DNA of 64,000 nt from an uncultured Saprospiraceae bacterium. GTDB taxonomy: Bacteria > Bacteroidota > Bacteroidia > Chitinophagales > Saprospiraceae. The notes beneath the pieces are model-generated. The model was not told the origin of the DNA. It was given only the letters and a program-made list of their open reading frames with translations, and did not search any database. Position 1 is the stretch's first letter. Every line of letters begins with the position of its first letter. The position numbers and the translations under genes were made by a program. Of the stretch, positions 52,162 through 61,500 are shown piece after piece. The stretch lies in assembly GCA_937942435.1 (NCBI GenBank), contig CALDEM010000026.1:3529-67528 (forward strand), read 5' to 3'.

Positions 52162-53627
52162 TACTTTGTGAATTTGCTATGAAGAGAATACTTTTTCTTA
52201 TTAAAATACGCTGATGCCTTTTCTATAATCTTAGTATTAAAGACTACACCGAGCAAACCAATAATACCTAAAATTAGCAAGCCTAAATTTTCAAAATCCA
52301 ATGCATCAAATATTGCGTAGAATCCAAGAGGCACACCTATGATTGGAATACCAATTAGAAAGTGAGCAGCAGAGATACCTTCGTAATTAAACATAGCACC
52401 TTTGGACACATCCATCTTCTTAGAATTGCTCATTGAAAACCACAATAGAAAATATGACACCACACCTGCATTGAAAAATAAGATGGCAAAATTAACCAAA
52501 ACAATCTTGGGCTGAAAAAACACATATGGCGTTGATAGAATAAAGAAGATCAAGTTAGAGCCCGCAATCAAAGCATACTTTGATTTTAGAAAGTTAGTGA
52601 TGCCTATGTTTTGGGTGATGATGAAATCAAAGTGAGCACTATTCCAAGAAAAAAGAAGTTGTCCATAGTTCATCATAAAAGCACCGACCATCATGATGGC
52701 AAAGATCAACAGCATATAAGTGTTATCAAACAAATCAACACCCATGATCAACGGATAAACCAAAAAGAAAAAGCTCATAAACATATATGACTTAGACTTC
52801 TTATTACGCATGATCATCTTTGACTCAATCTTCATCCACCTGCCGATGTCTCCAAAAAAATCAAACAAACCAAAGTCGTATCCATCTGCAATGTGTTTTT
52901 TCGGACCAGAACCTGCAATATCAATGTAAGCATTGCTTCTCAAGTGTTTGAAAATCAAGTGGCAAAGACCTGCTAACAATAGAACAGGCAAGGCAATCAA
53001 AACACTACTATGAAGCGCTGTAATAACCGGTGCCAGCAGATCACTCAAACTATAAAATCCCTTAAAGTCCAAGTAAATCAAAACCACCAATGATGCCAGT
53101 ATAAAAAAGACAGGAAGAGGCTTCTTACTTAAACTTCGATCCAAAAAGAAGCTCAAATAATTATTGAAGAGAATCAAGCTAAAACCCAAAAGCAACCAGA
53201 CTAAAGCTTGCGGCTGACCTAAGGCTGAACTCACATAAGTGAGATAAAAAGGAATGATAATGAATAAGGGCAAGAGATTAAAAATACTCAACAAAGACTT
53301 AACCATTAAGTATCTGGTGATAGTTGACTTCTTGACATTGATAGTGAGATACTTGCTTAGTGAAAACGAGGGAAACTTCTGCAACATAAACCGCATACAG
53401 ATATCTGCTATCAGATAGATAGCAAAGTACCCATTGAATTTTTGCAGGACATCGGCTCCAGGGAATGCTTCTTTGATTATAAAACTCGCCATATAGCCAA
53501 GTCCCAAAGCACTTATGAGCATATACAAGCCAAATAAGCCTAAGAAAACATTGGCCGTCATACTTTGCGCCCAGTGAGGAGCACGTCTAAATCCTATCCA
53601 ATCAAGTTTTAACAGTTTACCCAGCAT
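52161..53627 (-). CDS. Polytopic membrane protein, probable ABC partner (DUF5687-like)
   Basis: 488 aa with at least 10 hydrophobic helices. Its stop overlaps the ATPase start by 1 nt. Confidence 0.5.
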   Translation of the reverse strand: MLGKLLKLDWIGFRRAPHWAQSMTANVFLGLFGLYMLISALGLGYMASFIIKEAFPGADVLQKFNGYFAIYLIADICMRFMLQKFPSFSLSKYLTINVKKSTITRYLMVKSLLSIFNLLPLFIIIPFYLTYVSSALGQPQALVWLLLGFSLILFNNYLSFFLDRSLSKKPLPVFFILASLVVLIYLDFKGFYSLSDLLAPVITALHSSVLIALPVLLLAGLCHLIFKHLRSNAYIDIAGSGPKKHIADGYDFGLFDFFGDIGRWMKIESKMIMRNKKSKSYMFMSFFFLVYPLIMGVDLFDNTYMLLIFAIMMVGAFMMNYGQLLFSWNSAHFDFIITQNIGITNFLKSKYALIAGSNLIFFILSTPYVFFQPKIVLVNFAILFFNAGVVSYFLLWFSMSNSKKMDVSKGAMFNYEGISAAHFLIGIPIIGVPLGFYAIFDALDFENLGLLILGIIGLLGVVFNTKIIEKASAYFNKKKYSLHSKFTK

Positions 53628-53784
53628 GCTATAAGTTACATTCTAAAGATAGCAAATTTTAGAAGTTCTTCAATTGAGAGCATAAATCATCATAATTGGT
53701 TGCTTGGCCCAAATACCAATTTTTGGGGATCTAGGTCTCGCAAGCTCCAAGTACCTTTATCCTTTCATTCACTACACCGCATCT

Positions 53785-54468
53785 ATGAGATTTCTTTTGA
53801 TATTATCTTTTCTAATTGGTACTCTTTCTTTATCAGCACAAGCAACTATCTTTTATAGCAAAGCTCCAAGTGCCAGTAACGTCTGGAATGATACTCGTAA
53901 TTGGAATCCCAATCGACTGCCTAATGCTAATGACATAGTTGAAGTTGGCAATGGTCATACAGTAATTTTATCTGGAGATAATGTTGTCATCAAGGCGTTG
54001 GAGATCAGAGCTCAAGCAAAACTAATTATTGATGATGTTGATGTGCGATTAGACATTCAAGGTTCTGACACGGATGGACTAAGGATGACTTTAAGGGGAG
54101 AGCTGGATATCCAAGAAGGAACCGTAGCGATCAGAGATGCTCAACGAGATGGAATCTATATGGAAAACTTTTCTAAGATAAGTAACTCAGGTTCCTTATT
54201 GGTCGCCTCTTATAATGACGAAGGCCTATACTTTGAATCTAACTCCGCAATCACTAATCATGGAAATCTATTCATTGACCAATTAAACAATGGAAGTTCG
54301 CCTACATGTCTTTATGCTGTTGATGGGACATTTACGAATAGTGCGATGGGCGTACTTGTTGTTAGCAAATGTCAAGATAGCCCTGATACTGATCTTATCA
54401 AGATAGATAATGGTGTGTTATACGAAGATAACGGTGAGACTATAATACAATCTATCAACTGCAATTGA
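53785..54468 (+). CDS. Secreted hypothetical protein (beta-helix-like)
   Basis: Signal peptide MRFLLILSFLIGTLSLSAQA. WNDTRNWNPNRLPNANDIVEVGNGHTV is typical of secreted adhesin-like proteins. Confidence 0.5.
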   Translation: MRFLLILSFLIGTLSLSAQATIFYSKAPSASNVWNDTRNWNPNRLPNANDIVEVGNGHTVILSGDNVVIKALEIRAQAKLIIDDVDVRLDIQGSDTDGLRMTLRGELDIQEGTVAIRDAQRDGIYMENFSKISNSGSLLVASYNDEGLYFESNSAITNHGNLFIDQLNNGSSPTCLYAVDGTFTNSAMGVLVVSKCQDSPDTDLIKIDNGVLYEDNGETIIQSINCN

Positions 54469-54492
54469 GGTAACGACAACGTAGACTATCCG

Positions 54493-54942
54493 TCACATCT
54501 CTCTTCTGATATACTGCACCAACTGCCCACTGTGGTATATATCATGATCGATAACACCTTGCACCAAATCAAGGCAAGTATACTTAGTATCTCCAAGTAG
54601 GTCGTACCACTCATCTCCATTGAAGTGATCTATCGCTAAGATCAACTCGTTTTGTGATTGCTCTAAGACATTTAAGATATCCTCTTGTGACTGTGTCACT
54701 GGAGGCCAGTCTTCTGGTGTGTTAAGTTCGATTCTATATCGAGCGCCATTGAGTATCTCAGATACATATGTGCGCCAAGCGATCATATGGTTTAAAAGCT
54801 CCAGCACCTTCATAGGTAGTGGAGCATCCGAGAGTTGAAGAATCGCCTTGATGCTCTTCCCATGCCAAGGATCTCCCTCATAAGAGACCTTAAGACGCTG
54901 TACTAACGTTTTATTAATAGATTCTGAGGGCGCATTTATCAT
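54493..54942 (-). CDS. DinB-family protein
   Basis: 149 aa. Four-helix DinB pattern with conserved His residues (LLNHMIAWR, IDHDIYHSGQL). Confidence 0.6.
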   Translation of the reverse strand: MINAPSESINKTLVQRLKVSYEGDPWHGKSIKAILQLSDAPLPMKVLELLNHMIAWRTYVSEILNGARYRIELNTPEDWPPVTQSQEDILNVLEQSQNELILAIDHFNGDEWYDLLGDTKYTCLDLVQGVIDHDIYHSGQLVQYIRREM

Positions 54943-55018
54943 ATTCTTAACCTATAGGTTGATGGATAATAAGTAATATTGAAAAGAGTCCTATTATTGA
55001 CAATCAAATATCAAAGAA

Positions 55019-55585
55019 ATGAAGAACAAATTCCTTTTTATAATATTGCTCGCTGGATTTTTGGTGTCATGTGGCGATGATCAGGGCCCCGAAATACCGG
55101 AAGAAGCGGTAGTATTAAGTTACGATGGAGAAAATCTTACTGCTCCAACTTTGCCAGCAGGTTTATACGAGTTTGCCGTGAGGTTTCCTACAACGCTAAC
55201 GCGCAACGTCGTAGATAGATCCATCACTCAAGTAAGCTTCTACTTGTACAATGCTCCTGCTCAAATGTATCTCAAGATATCTCGCGATGTCAGCCCAACG
55301 GAGCCTGGCGCTATAGAAAATACACAGATGATTAATAATCCAACTCCCAATAGTTGGAATACGATCACTCTAGACACTCCTTATCTAATGGATGGTTCAG
55401 CGGTCTGGGTCGGCATAGAGGTAACTCAAGATGATCAAATACAAACTGTAGGTTGTGATGCAGGTCCCGCAAATGCAAACGGTGATTGGCTATATGACGA
55501 AGCCACTATGACTTGGGAAACTTTTATAAATAGAACCAATCAAAGCGAAAGTGTAAACTGGAATATAAAAGCGATAATTAATTAG
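55019..55585 (+). CDS. Hypothetical lipoprotein
   Basis: Lipobox FLVSCG. Confidence 0.5.
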   Translation: MKNKFLFIILLAGFLVSCGDDQGPEIPEEAVVLSYDGENLTAPTLPAGLYEFAVRFPTTLTRNVVDRSITQVSFYLYNAPAQMYLKISRDVSPTEPGAIENTQMINNPTPNSWNTITLDTPYLMDGSAVWVGIEVTQDDQIQTVGCDAGPANANGDWLYDEATMTWETFINRTNQSESVNWNIKAIIN

Positions 55586-55615
55586 AAATATATAGTTGTT
55601 AGAAACAAACTTACT

Positions 55616-55685
55616 GAGGCTGGACGCCTACATGAATCCATGCAAAATCGTCGCCTAACTATTGTTGCTGTAGGCGTCCAGCTTC
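55616..55685. repeat. Long inverted repeat between convergent genes
   Basis: Perfect 14-bp arms (GCTGGACGCCTACA / TGTAGGCGTCCAGC), extendable to 17 of 18 bp, with a 36-nt spacer. No flanking T-tract. Confidence 0.7.
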
Positions 55686-55724
55686 AGTCTTATCTTAACT
55701 TGATATTACAATCTTTTAGTTTAT

Positions 55725-56165
55725 CTACTTTTTTATATTCTTTTCATACAACCTTATCCAATCGTCTGGAGTCATTTTTTGCGTCAACTCTGCAATGAGA
55801 TCATAAGGTATATCTTCCATCTTCTTAAAGCGCACACAGCTCTTCCCCATATCCAACTTATACTTACAGTGCCTCGGGTATTCTTTGACAAACCAGTCTA
55901 AAAGTTTTGGTTGAGCATAGATACCCATGTGATACAACCCTATAAACCCCTTTTGATTGGCCAGATTCATAAATGGGAGCGGCAACTTAGGGTCACAGTG
56001 ATAACCATCCGGATAGACTGACTTAGGAACAACGTAACCGAGCATTTTATAATTGATACATTCCTTAAATCCCTTTGGTAGATTGTTCTTTATAGTCTCA
56101 CGTATCTTTTTGAATGGCACACTCCTATCTGCTGGAAGCGTTTTGATATATTCTTGTACAGTCAT
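55725..56165 (-). CDS. DUF1801 (YdhG-like) domain protein
   Basis: 146 aa. The overall pattern resembles DUF1801 proteins (from memory). Confidence 0.45.
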   Translation of the reverse strand: MTVQEYIKTLPADRSVPFKKIRETIKNNLPKGFKECINYKMLGYVVPKSVYPDGYHCDPKLPLPFMNLANQKGFIGLYHMGIYAQPKLLDWFVKEYPRHCKYKLDMGKSCVRFKKMEDIPYDLIAELTQKMTPDDWIRLYEKNIKK

Positions 56166-56243
56166 AGTAGTTTGTTTTTCAATTTGATATAATATACATC
56201 AGTTCATAGAGATGGCAAAATCACTTTGTAATCTTGAAAGTAA

Positions 56244-58508
56244 CTATGGTTCCCTTGGTCTGAGTATTTCAATATTTCTATAGGCCCGATTGCCATGATC
56301 GTCAATGATCGTGATCTTATGATGTCCTTCTTTAGGAGCAAAAGCAAATGAATGGAAGTCTTGACTCTCTCCGAGGTACTGGTCATCGAGATACCAGAAG
56401 AGTTTACTATCTGAACGACTGTGTGATACCCGCGCCACAACGGATTGCTCTGATTGATCAAAGTCTCTCGCCAGATAGATAACATCGTCTTTCAAAGGAT
56501 ATACGATCTCCATAACTCTTTCGGCTTCATCCACATCACAAGCCGGATGCAAAGGAGGAGGCGATAGCCATTCTGGATGGCTTCTTTTATAATATTGAGC
56601 AACTGTTGGAGGAAGCATTAAGAACGAACTGTTTTTATAATCAAGATCTCCTTTACATGATCCATCTATGCGATAACTCCCATCAGTTGTAATCGATACA
56701 GGCAGATGATACTTGCACACACTTGATCGCTCTGAGATAGCCGGCCACAGCACTGTTTCTACTTGAGGACAGTTAACACTCGCCAACATACCTGAGTGAT
56801 GACACTTTCGTAAATGAGACATCTCTTCATAAGGAGCATTAAACCAAGTACCACTGAGATTCATGAGACCCGCTGCCGTAAATAATAATCTCCCAGCCGT
56901 AGTTGTACCAACGATACCATCTCTGCCTTCTCCATCAGCATTGCCTACCCAAGCAGCAATAGTTACATCGGGTGACACTCCGACAGCCCAAGCATCTCGA
57001 TGACCATAACTTGTACCTGTCTTCCAAGCCATCGTTGCACGGCTATCCATCAACTGCCAATTGCCTTCTTCATCAGGTCTTGACAAATCTTTCAATACTT
57101 CTAAAGTTTGAAAAGTAGCACTTTTAGAAAGTATGCTTTTACTTCCAGCTTTATCATCATTTTCTAAAAGTGAAGCACCCATCTGTCTATACGCATGTGC
57201 CAGCTCCCATAGGGTTACTTCTCCTCCGCCTAAGATTAAAGACAGACCATAGTGATCACCATCATGAGGTAGTGTTGAGATGTTATGTCCTTTTAACTGA
57301 TGCAAGAACTTATCGATACCATAAGATTGTAACATACGCACGGCTGGCACATTAAGCGATCGCTGTAAGGCTTCATCAGCACCAACAGCTCCGTTATAGG
57401 TACGATTATAATTACTCGGATTGAAACCTGCTATGTAAGTAGGTACATCTTTTAGAAGTTCTGAAGGAGTTATGAGTCCCTCATCAACCATATGTGCATA
57501 TAGGAATGGCTTGAGGATAGATCCAGAACTTCTACGTGCTTGGATCATGTCAACAGCTTGCTCATGATTAGTCTTCGGCACATTACCTTGATAAGCCAAT
57601 AAATTCCCAGATTTTGTATCGAGGATCAGGCAACCTGCATTATTCACCTCATTTTCGCTCCACTCATCATATAGTTGATTCATAAGATCTCCCAGCGACT
57701 GTTGTAGGGTAGAGTTGATAGAGACATGCGCCTTGGTCAACATTTTACTTTTCAGGTTTTGCAATAAGTGAGGAGCATAATTGGGCAAGTTGTAAAAGCG
57801 ATCAGGAAGTGGCTCTAAGAGCGACGCCTCCAAGTCAATGTCATCTATGATAGACTTGTCATGTAGACTCTGCAACAGCCTATTTCTTTTTTTCAATAAT
57901 CGTACTCTGTTTTTATTGATGTGAATCAACGATGGCGCATTGGGCAGTACAGCCATGGTCGCTGACTCGGCCCATGATAATTGATTTGGGCGCTTTTGAA
58001 AGTATCGCCAACATGCTGCTTCTAAACCTACAACATTGCCGCCAAATGGCGCCAAGGAAGTATACCATCTCAGTATATCTCGCTTGCCATACCAAAGTTC
58101 TAATCTAAGTGCTAAACGGATCTCTTTCAATTTATTGAGAAGAGACCGCTCTTTGTGATTAGAAACAAGTCGCGCCACTTGCATCGTCAGCGTGCTGGCT
58201 CCGCTCACGATTCTTTTTTGGGTAAGATTTTGCTGTACAGCCCTACCAAATGCCAGAGGATCAACACCAAAGTGATTGTAAAATCGCTTGTCTTCAAACG
58301 TTAATAATGACTTTTCAAATCGCTCTGGCACCTCTTCAATCACCGGAAATCTCCATTGGTGATCTTCAGCTATCTGAGCAGATAATAATCCACCATCGAC
58401 ATCATTGACAACTGTACTATATGGCAATTGCAAAAAAGAATCAGACACTGGCCATAAAAGCCATGACATCATGATCACTAATACCGATATGTAGGTTTTT
58501 CTCTTCAA
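56244..58508 (-). CDS. pbpC: Penicillin-binding protein 1C (bifunctional glycosyltransferase/transpeptidase)
   Basis: GT51 motif (EDKRFYNHFGVD). Transpeptidase motifs SxxK (SGSILKP), SxN (RSLNVPA) and KTG (WKTGTSYG). The start is uncertain: TTG 58508 gives a 34-nt gap after the A2M stop, while ATGs at 58604 and 58619 would overlap it by more than 60 nt. Confidence 0.85.
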   Translation of the reverse strand: MKRKTYISVLVIMMSWLLWPVSDSFLQLPYSTVVNDVDGGLLSAQIAEDHQWRFPVIEEVPERFEKSLLTFEDKRFYNHFGVDPLAFGRAVQQNLTQKRIVSGASTLTMQVARLVSNHKERSLLNKLKEIRLALRLELWYGKRDILRWYTSLAPFGGNVVGLEAACWRYFQKRPNQLSWAESATMAVLPNAPSLIHINKNRVRLLKKRNRLLQSLHDKSIIDDIDLEASLLEPLPDRFYNLPNYAPHLLQNLKSKMLTKAHVSINSTLQQSLGDLMNQLYDEWSENEVNNAGCLILDTKSGNLLAYQGNVPKTNHEQAVDMIQARRSSGSILKPFLYAHMVDEGLITPSELLKDVPTYIAGFNPSNYNRTYNGAVGADEALQRSLNVPAVRMLQSYGIDKFLHQLKGHNISTLPHDGDHYGLSLILGGGEVTLWELAHAYRQMGASLLENDDKAGSKSILSKSATFQTLEVLKDLSRPDEEGNWQLMDSRATMAWKTGTSYGHRDAWAVGVSPDVTIAAWVGNADGEGRDGIVGTTTAGRLLFTAAGLMNLSGTWFNAPYEEMSHLRKCHHSGMLASVNCPQVETVLWPAISERSSVCKYHLPVSITTDGSYRIDGSCKGDLDYKNSSFLMLPPTVAQYYKRSHPEWLSPPPLHPACDVDEAERVMEIVYPLKDDVIYLARDFDQSEQSVVARVSHSRSDSKLFWYLDDQYLGESQDFHSFAFAPKEGHHKITIIDDHGNRAYRNIEILRPREP

Positions 58509-58542
58509 GCTTTTACAAGCACATTTATAATTACCATTTTGA

Positions 58543-61500
58543 CTACTTATTAGACACAACTCTAATCTTACGACCTTTCGTTCTGGCTTGCACGCCGTTA
58601 TCATACATTGCCTCAACACTTACAGGAGGAAGAAAGTACTCACCTTCATATGTAGCATTCATAAGTAAGACATATTTTTTCTTAGAAGTTAGATCAAAGA
58701 AAGTATGGACTCTATCATCTCTGATATCTCTATAGTCATAACTGTCCTCGCTAAATCCATCAAGGTTACTCAACCTTCCACTTCTGATCTCCCAGCCACT
58801 CGGTATGATCTGCGTCAGTGCCATCTCATCGATAGATGTAGCAGAAGTGTTGGTATTGACAATTTCAATCTCAGCTATAAAGTCTGTGCCTTGCTTTAGG
58901 CTGGATACATCGATAGACTTACCGTCTAAGCTTTTATAATTTACTTTGAGCGATACGTTCTTACTTACGGCCGGATCTGTCAACATATTGGCTGTCGACT
59001 TTTGTCCTTTCAATTGGACTGAAGCAAAGAGAACCTTATCGCTATTATTCTTGATGACAAGCCTGTGATCCGTTGCATCATCTGGATCAACACCCATTGT
59101 AAATATTGTCTTATTATATTCTACATCTATAGGCGAGTCTGATCCTGTCGTAACTGTAGCATCTATAGTGCTGCGACGATACTCTTCAGACAACTCCCCG
59201 ATTGTCATTAGTCCAAAAGCTATGGACTGTGTGCTATACCATCTACCACCATTCAACTTCTCAACGACATTCTTGATGACTTCAAGGGATTGAGACGTTC
59301 TGTCTAGGTGTCTCAATGTCTGTGCAATTAGTGACATATCCCTTACCTCACTGCCATAGGTCCAGCCAGAGGACCTATAAGTGGCGATGTCATTACTGGC
59401 ACCTTTTATGAGATCAAGTGCGATGTTAGACTTCCCATTGATCGCATATGACGCAGCTAATAAAAACTTGGCCGTCGCAGGTAAGTCTCCGTAACCCCTA
59501 AGATTATTCATAGCACTTAGATCAGGCTGTCCATACATCGCTAAAGTATACAAGCGATATCCTTGGTTGATCATGTCACTTTTTCTTCTGTACATGTTAG
59601 AAGATGGCGTCCAACGTGATGCTCGTGATTTTTGATCGCTGGCCCAATTGTCAATGACACTATTAGCAACGTAATATCCTTTTTCTTTGGCCTTAATTAG
59701 AAAGTGTCCTGCGTAGGAAGATGACCACTCGCTGATCTTACTCCGAGAAGATGGCCAATACTTAAATCCACCTCTACCATTTTGTAATTTCAAAATACGT
59801 TTTATCCCTGCTTTTATATTTCTGTCGATCTCCGCATCAGATACATAATCTGTAAGTTCTTTCAAGTAGAGCTGTGCAAATGCAGATGACGTTGTTTGTT
59901 CTAAACAACCATAAGGATAGTTAACAAGATAGTCTACCCTATCTGCAAGCCGTACTGATGGCATCAAGCTCAGTTCTATGGTTGCATCATTAGTGCCAGC
60001 GACACCAAATGGATTATAATCAGTAGTCCATGTCTCTCCTGCTTCTAAGGTATGAGAATTGACCTCTGAAACAACAGGGTTAGGGTTGCGAACATCCACT
60101 TCGATCTGTTGACTTGCTTTATATCTTCCACTCGTAGCACTTACATCTATCTTTGCAATCCCAAGCTCCTCTCCTACTGATGCATCAAAATATGTCACTT
60201 GCTCACCTTGCTGTCTAAAGCTCAATGCTTGTGTTCTATCTGGCGAACTAAGATGTCCTGAGGTCGCCAAGTCAACTTGAACATTCTTGATATCGTCTTG
60301 CATACCAAAAACAGAAACTGGAATCTTTATCTTCTCTCCTTGTGATATCACTCTTGGCACTGTAGGCAATAACATCAGTGGTGTCTTCACAGGTGTAGCT
60401 TCATCTGCCCTACCATATGAGTGTCCAGATCGAGCGACAACCATGGTTCTCACTGAACCGATATAATTAGGCATTGTAAATGAGTGAGTGGCATCAGCTC
60501 CCGATTTTAGAAAAAATGGGCCCGCAGAAAAAACAACTGGCTTAAATCTAATCGCTTTCTTCTTGCCATCTCCTGCCTCATTCTCACCGTCACCTCCAAC
60601 ACTGATGATTTTATCAGGCGTTCCATTAAGCCCATACAGCACGTCATCATAGACATCCCAAGTTTTCACACCCAAGGATCTTTTTGCAAAAAAGTGACCA
60701 TGAGGACTTGGTGTTTTATAATTAGTAAGATCTAATAATCCTTCATCTACGACCGCTAAAGTATACGTCATCGCTTTACCATCGGCCTCACTTACGGATA
60801 TTGAGAAAGGTTGCTCTGGTTTAAAAGAATCAGCAACTTTAATCTCTGGGTCTAACTTACTCTCAGGGTCTTCTATCATAATCGGTATCACGCCGTACAT
60901 TCTAATTGGAAGATCATTGGTCACTTGATCGTAGGGTTGTATCAAGCTGACATGGGCATATACATTGGGGGCCATCAACTTGTCTGTGCGAAACTTGTAA
61001 GTAGATGAACCTTTAGTACCTGTGATCCAATCTTGTAAGACGACTTCATTTTCACTTTCGATAGACACCAAGATTTTAGATCCTGCTTCGGACGGTATGC
61101 TCAGTGTTACTTCGTCTCCAGAAGTATAGGACTCGCTATCTGCTGTAAAAGCCAATCTACTCAAGCTACTTCTCTCTTCTGATGTCATTGACGACCGCCA
61201 ACCCGAAGCGTAGAAAAACTCTCCTGTACAATGTCCAGACTCTACATCGCATATCCTGATCAACTTCCTTCCATACTCAAACTCATCCGTACTAAATGGA
61301 ATCTCAACCTTTCCATTCGCTCCTGAGATAGCATCTGCTTTTATAATTGCCTTGGTATGTTGATCACTATTCAACTCATAGATATTGTTTCTTTCACCTC
61401 GGTAGTACCACCATCTCCAGTTGATATCATAGACACCGATTGACAAGCGTCGATTAACTGCTGGGCTTCCATTTTCATTGACTACTATCGCAGTAGCCTT

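Noticed and set aside
56204-56485. 93-aa minus-strand ORF overlapping the 3' end of pbpC
   Set aside because: It is in a different frame within the well-supported PBP1C C-terminal domain and has no motifs.
58509-58619. 5' extension of pbpC to the ATGs at 58604 and 58619
   Set aside because: It would overlap the A2M coding end by 62-77 nt and add a Cys/Lys-rich peptide ahead of the signal-anchor helix. TTG 58508 is preferred but unproven.
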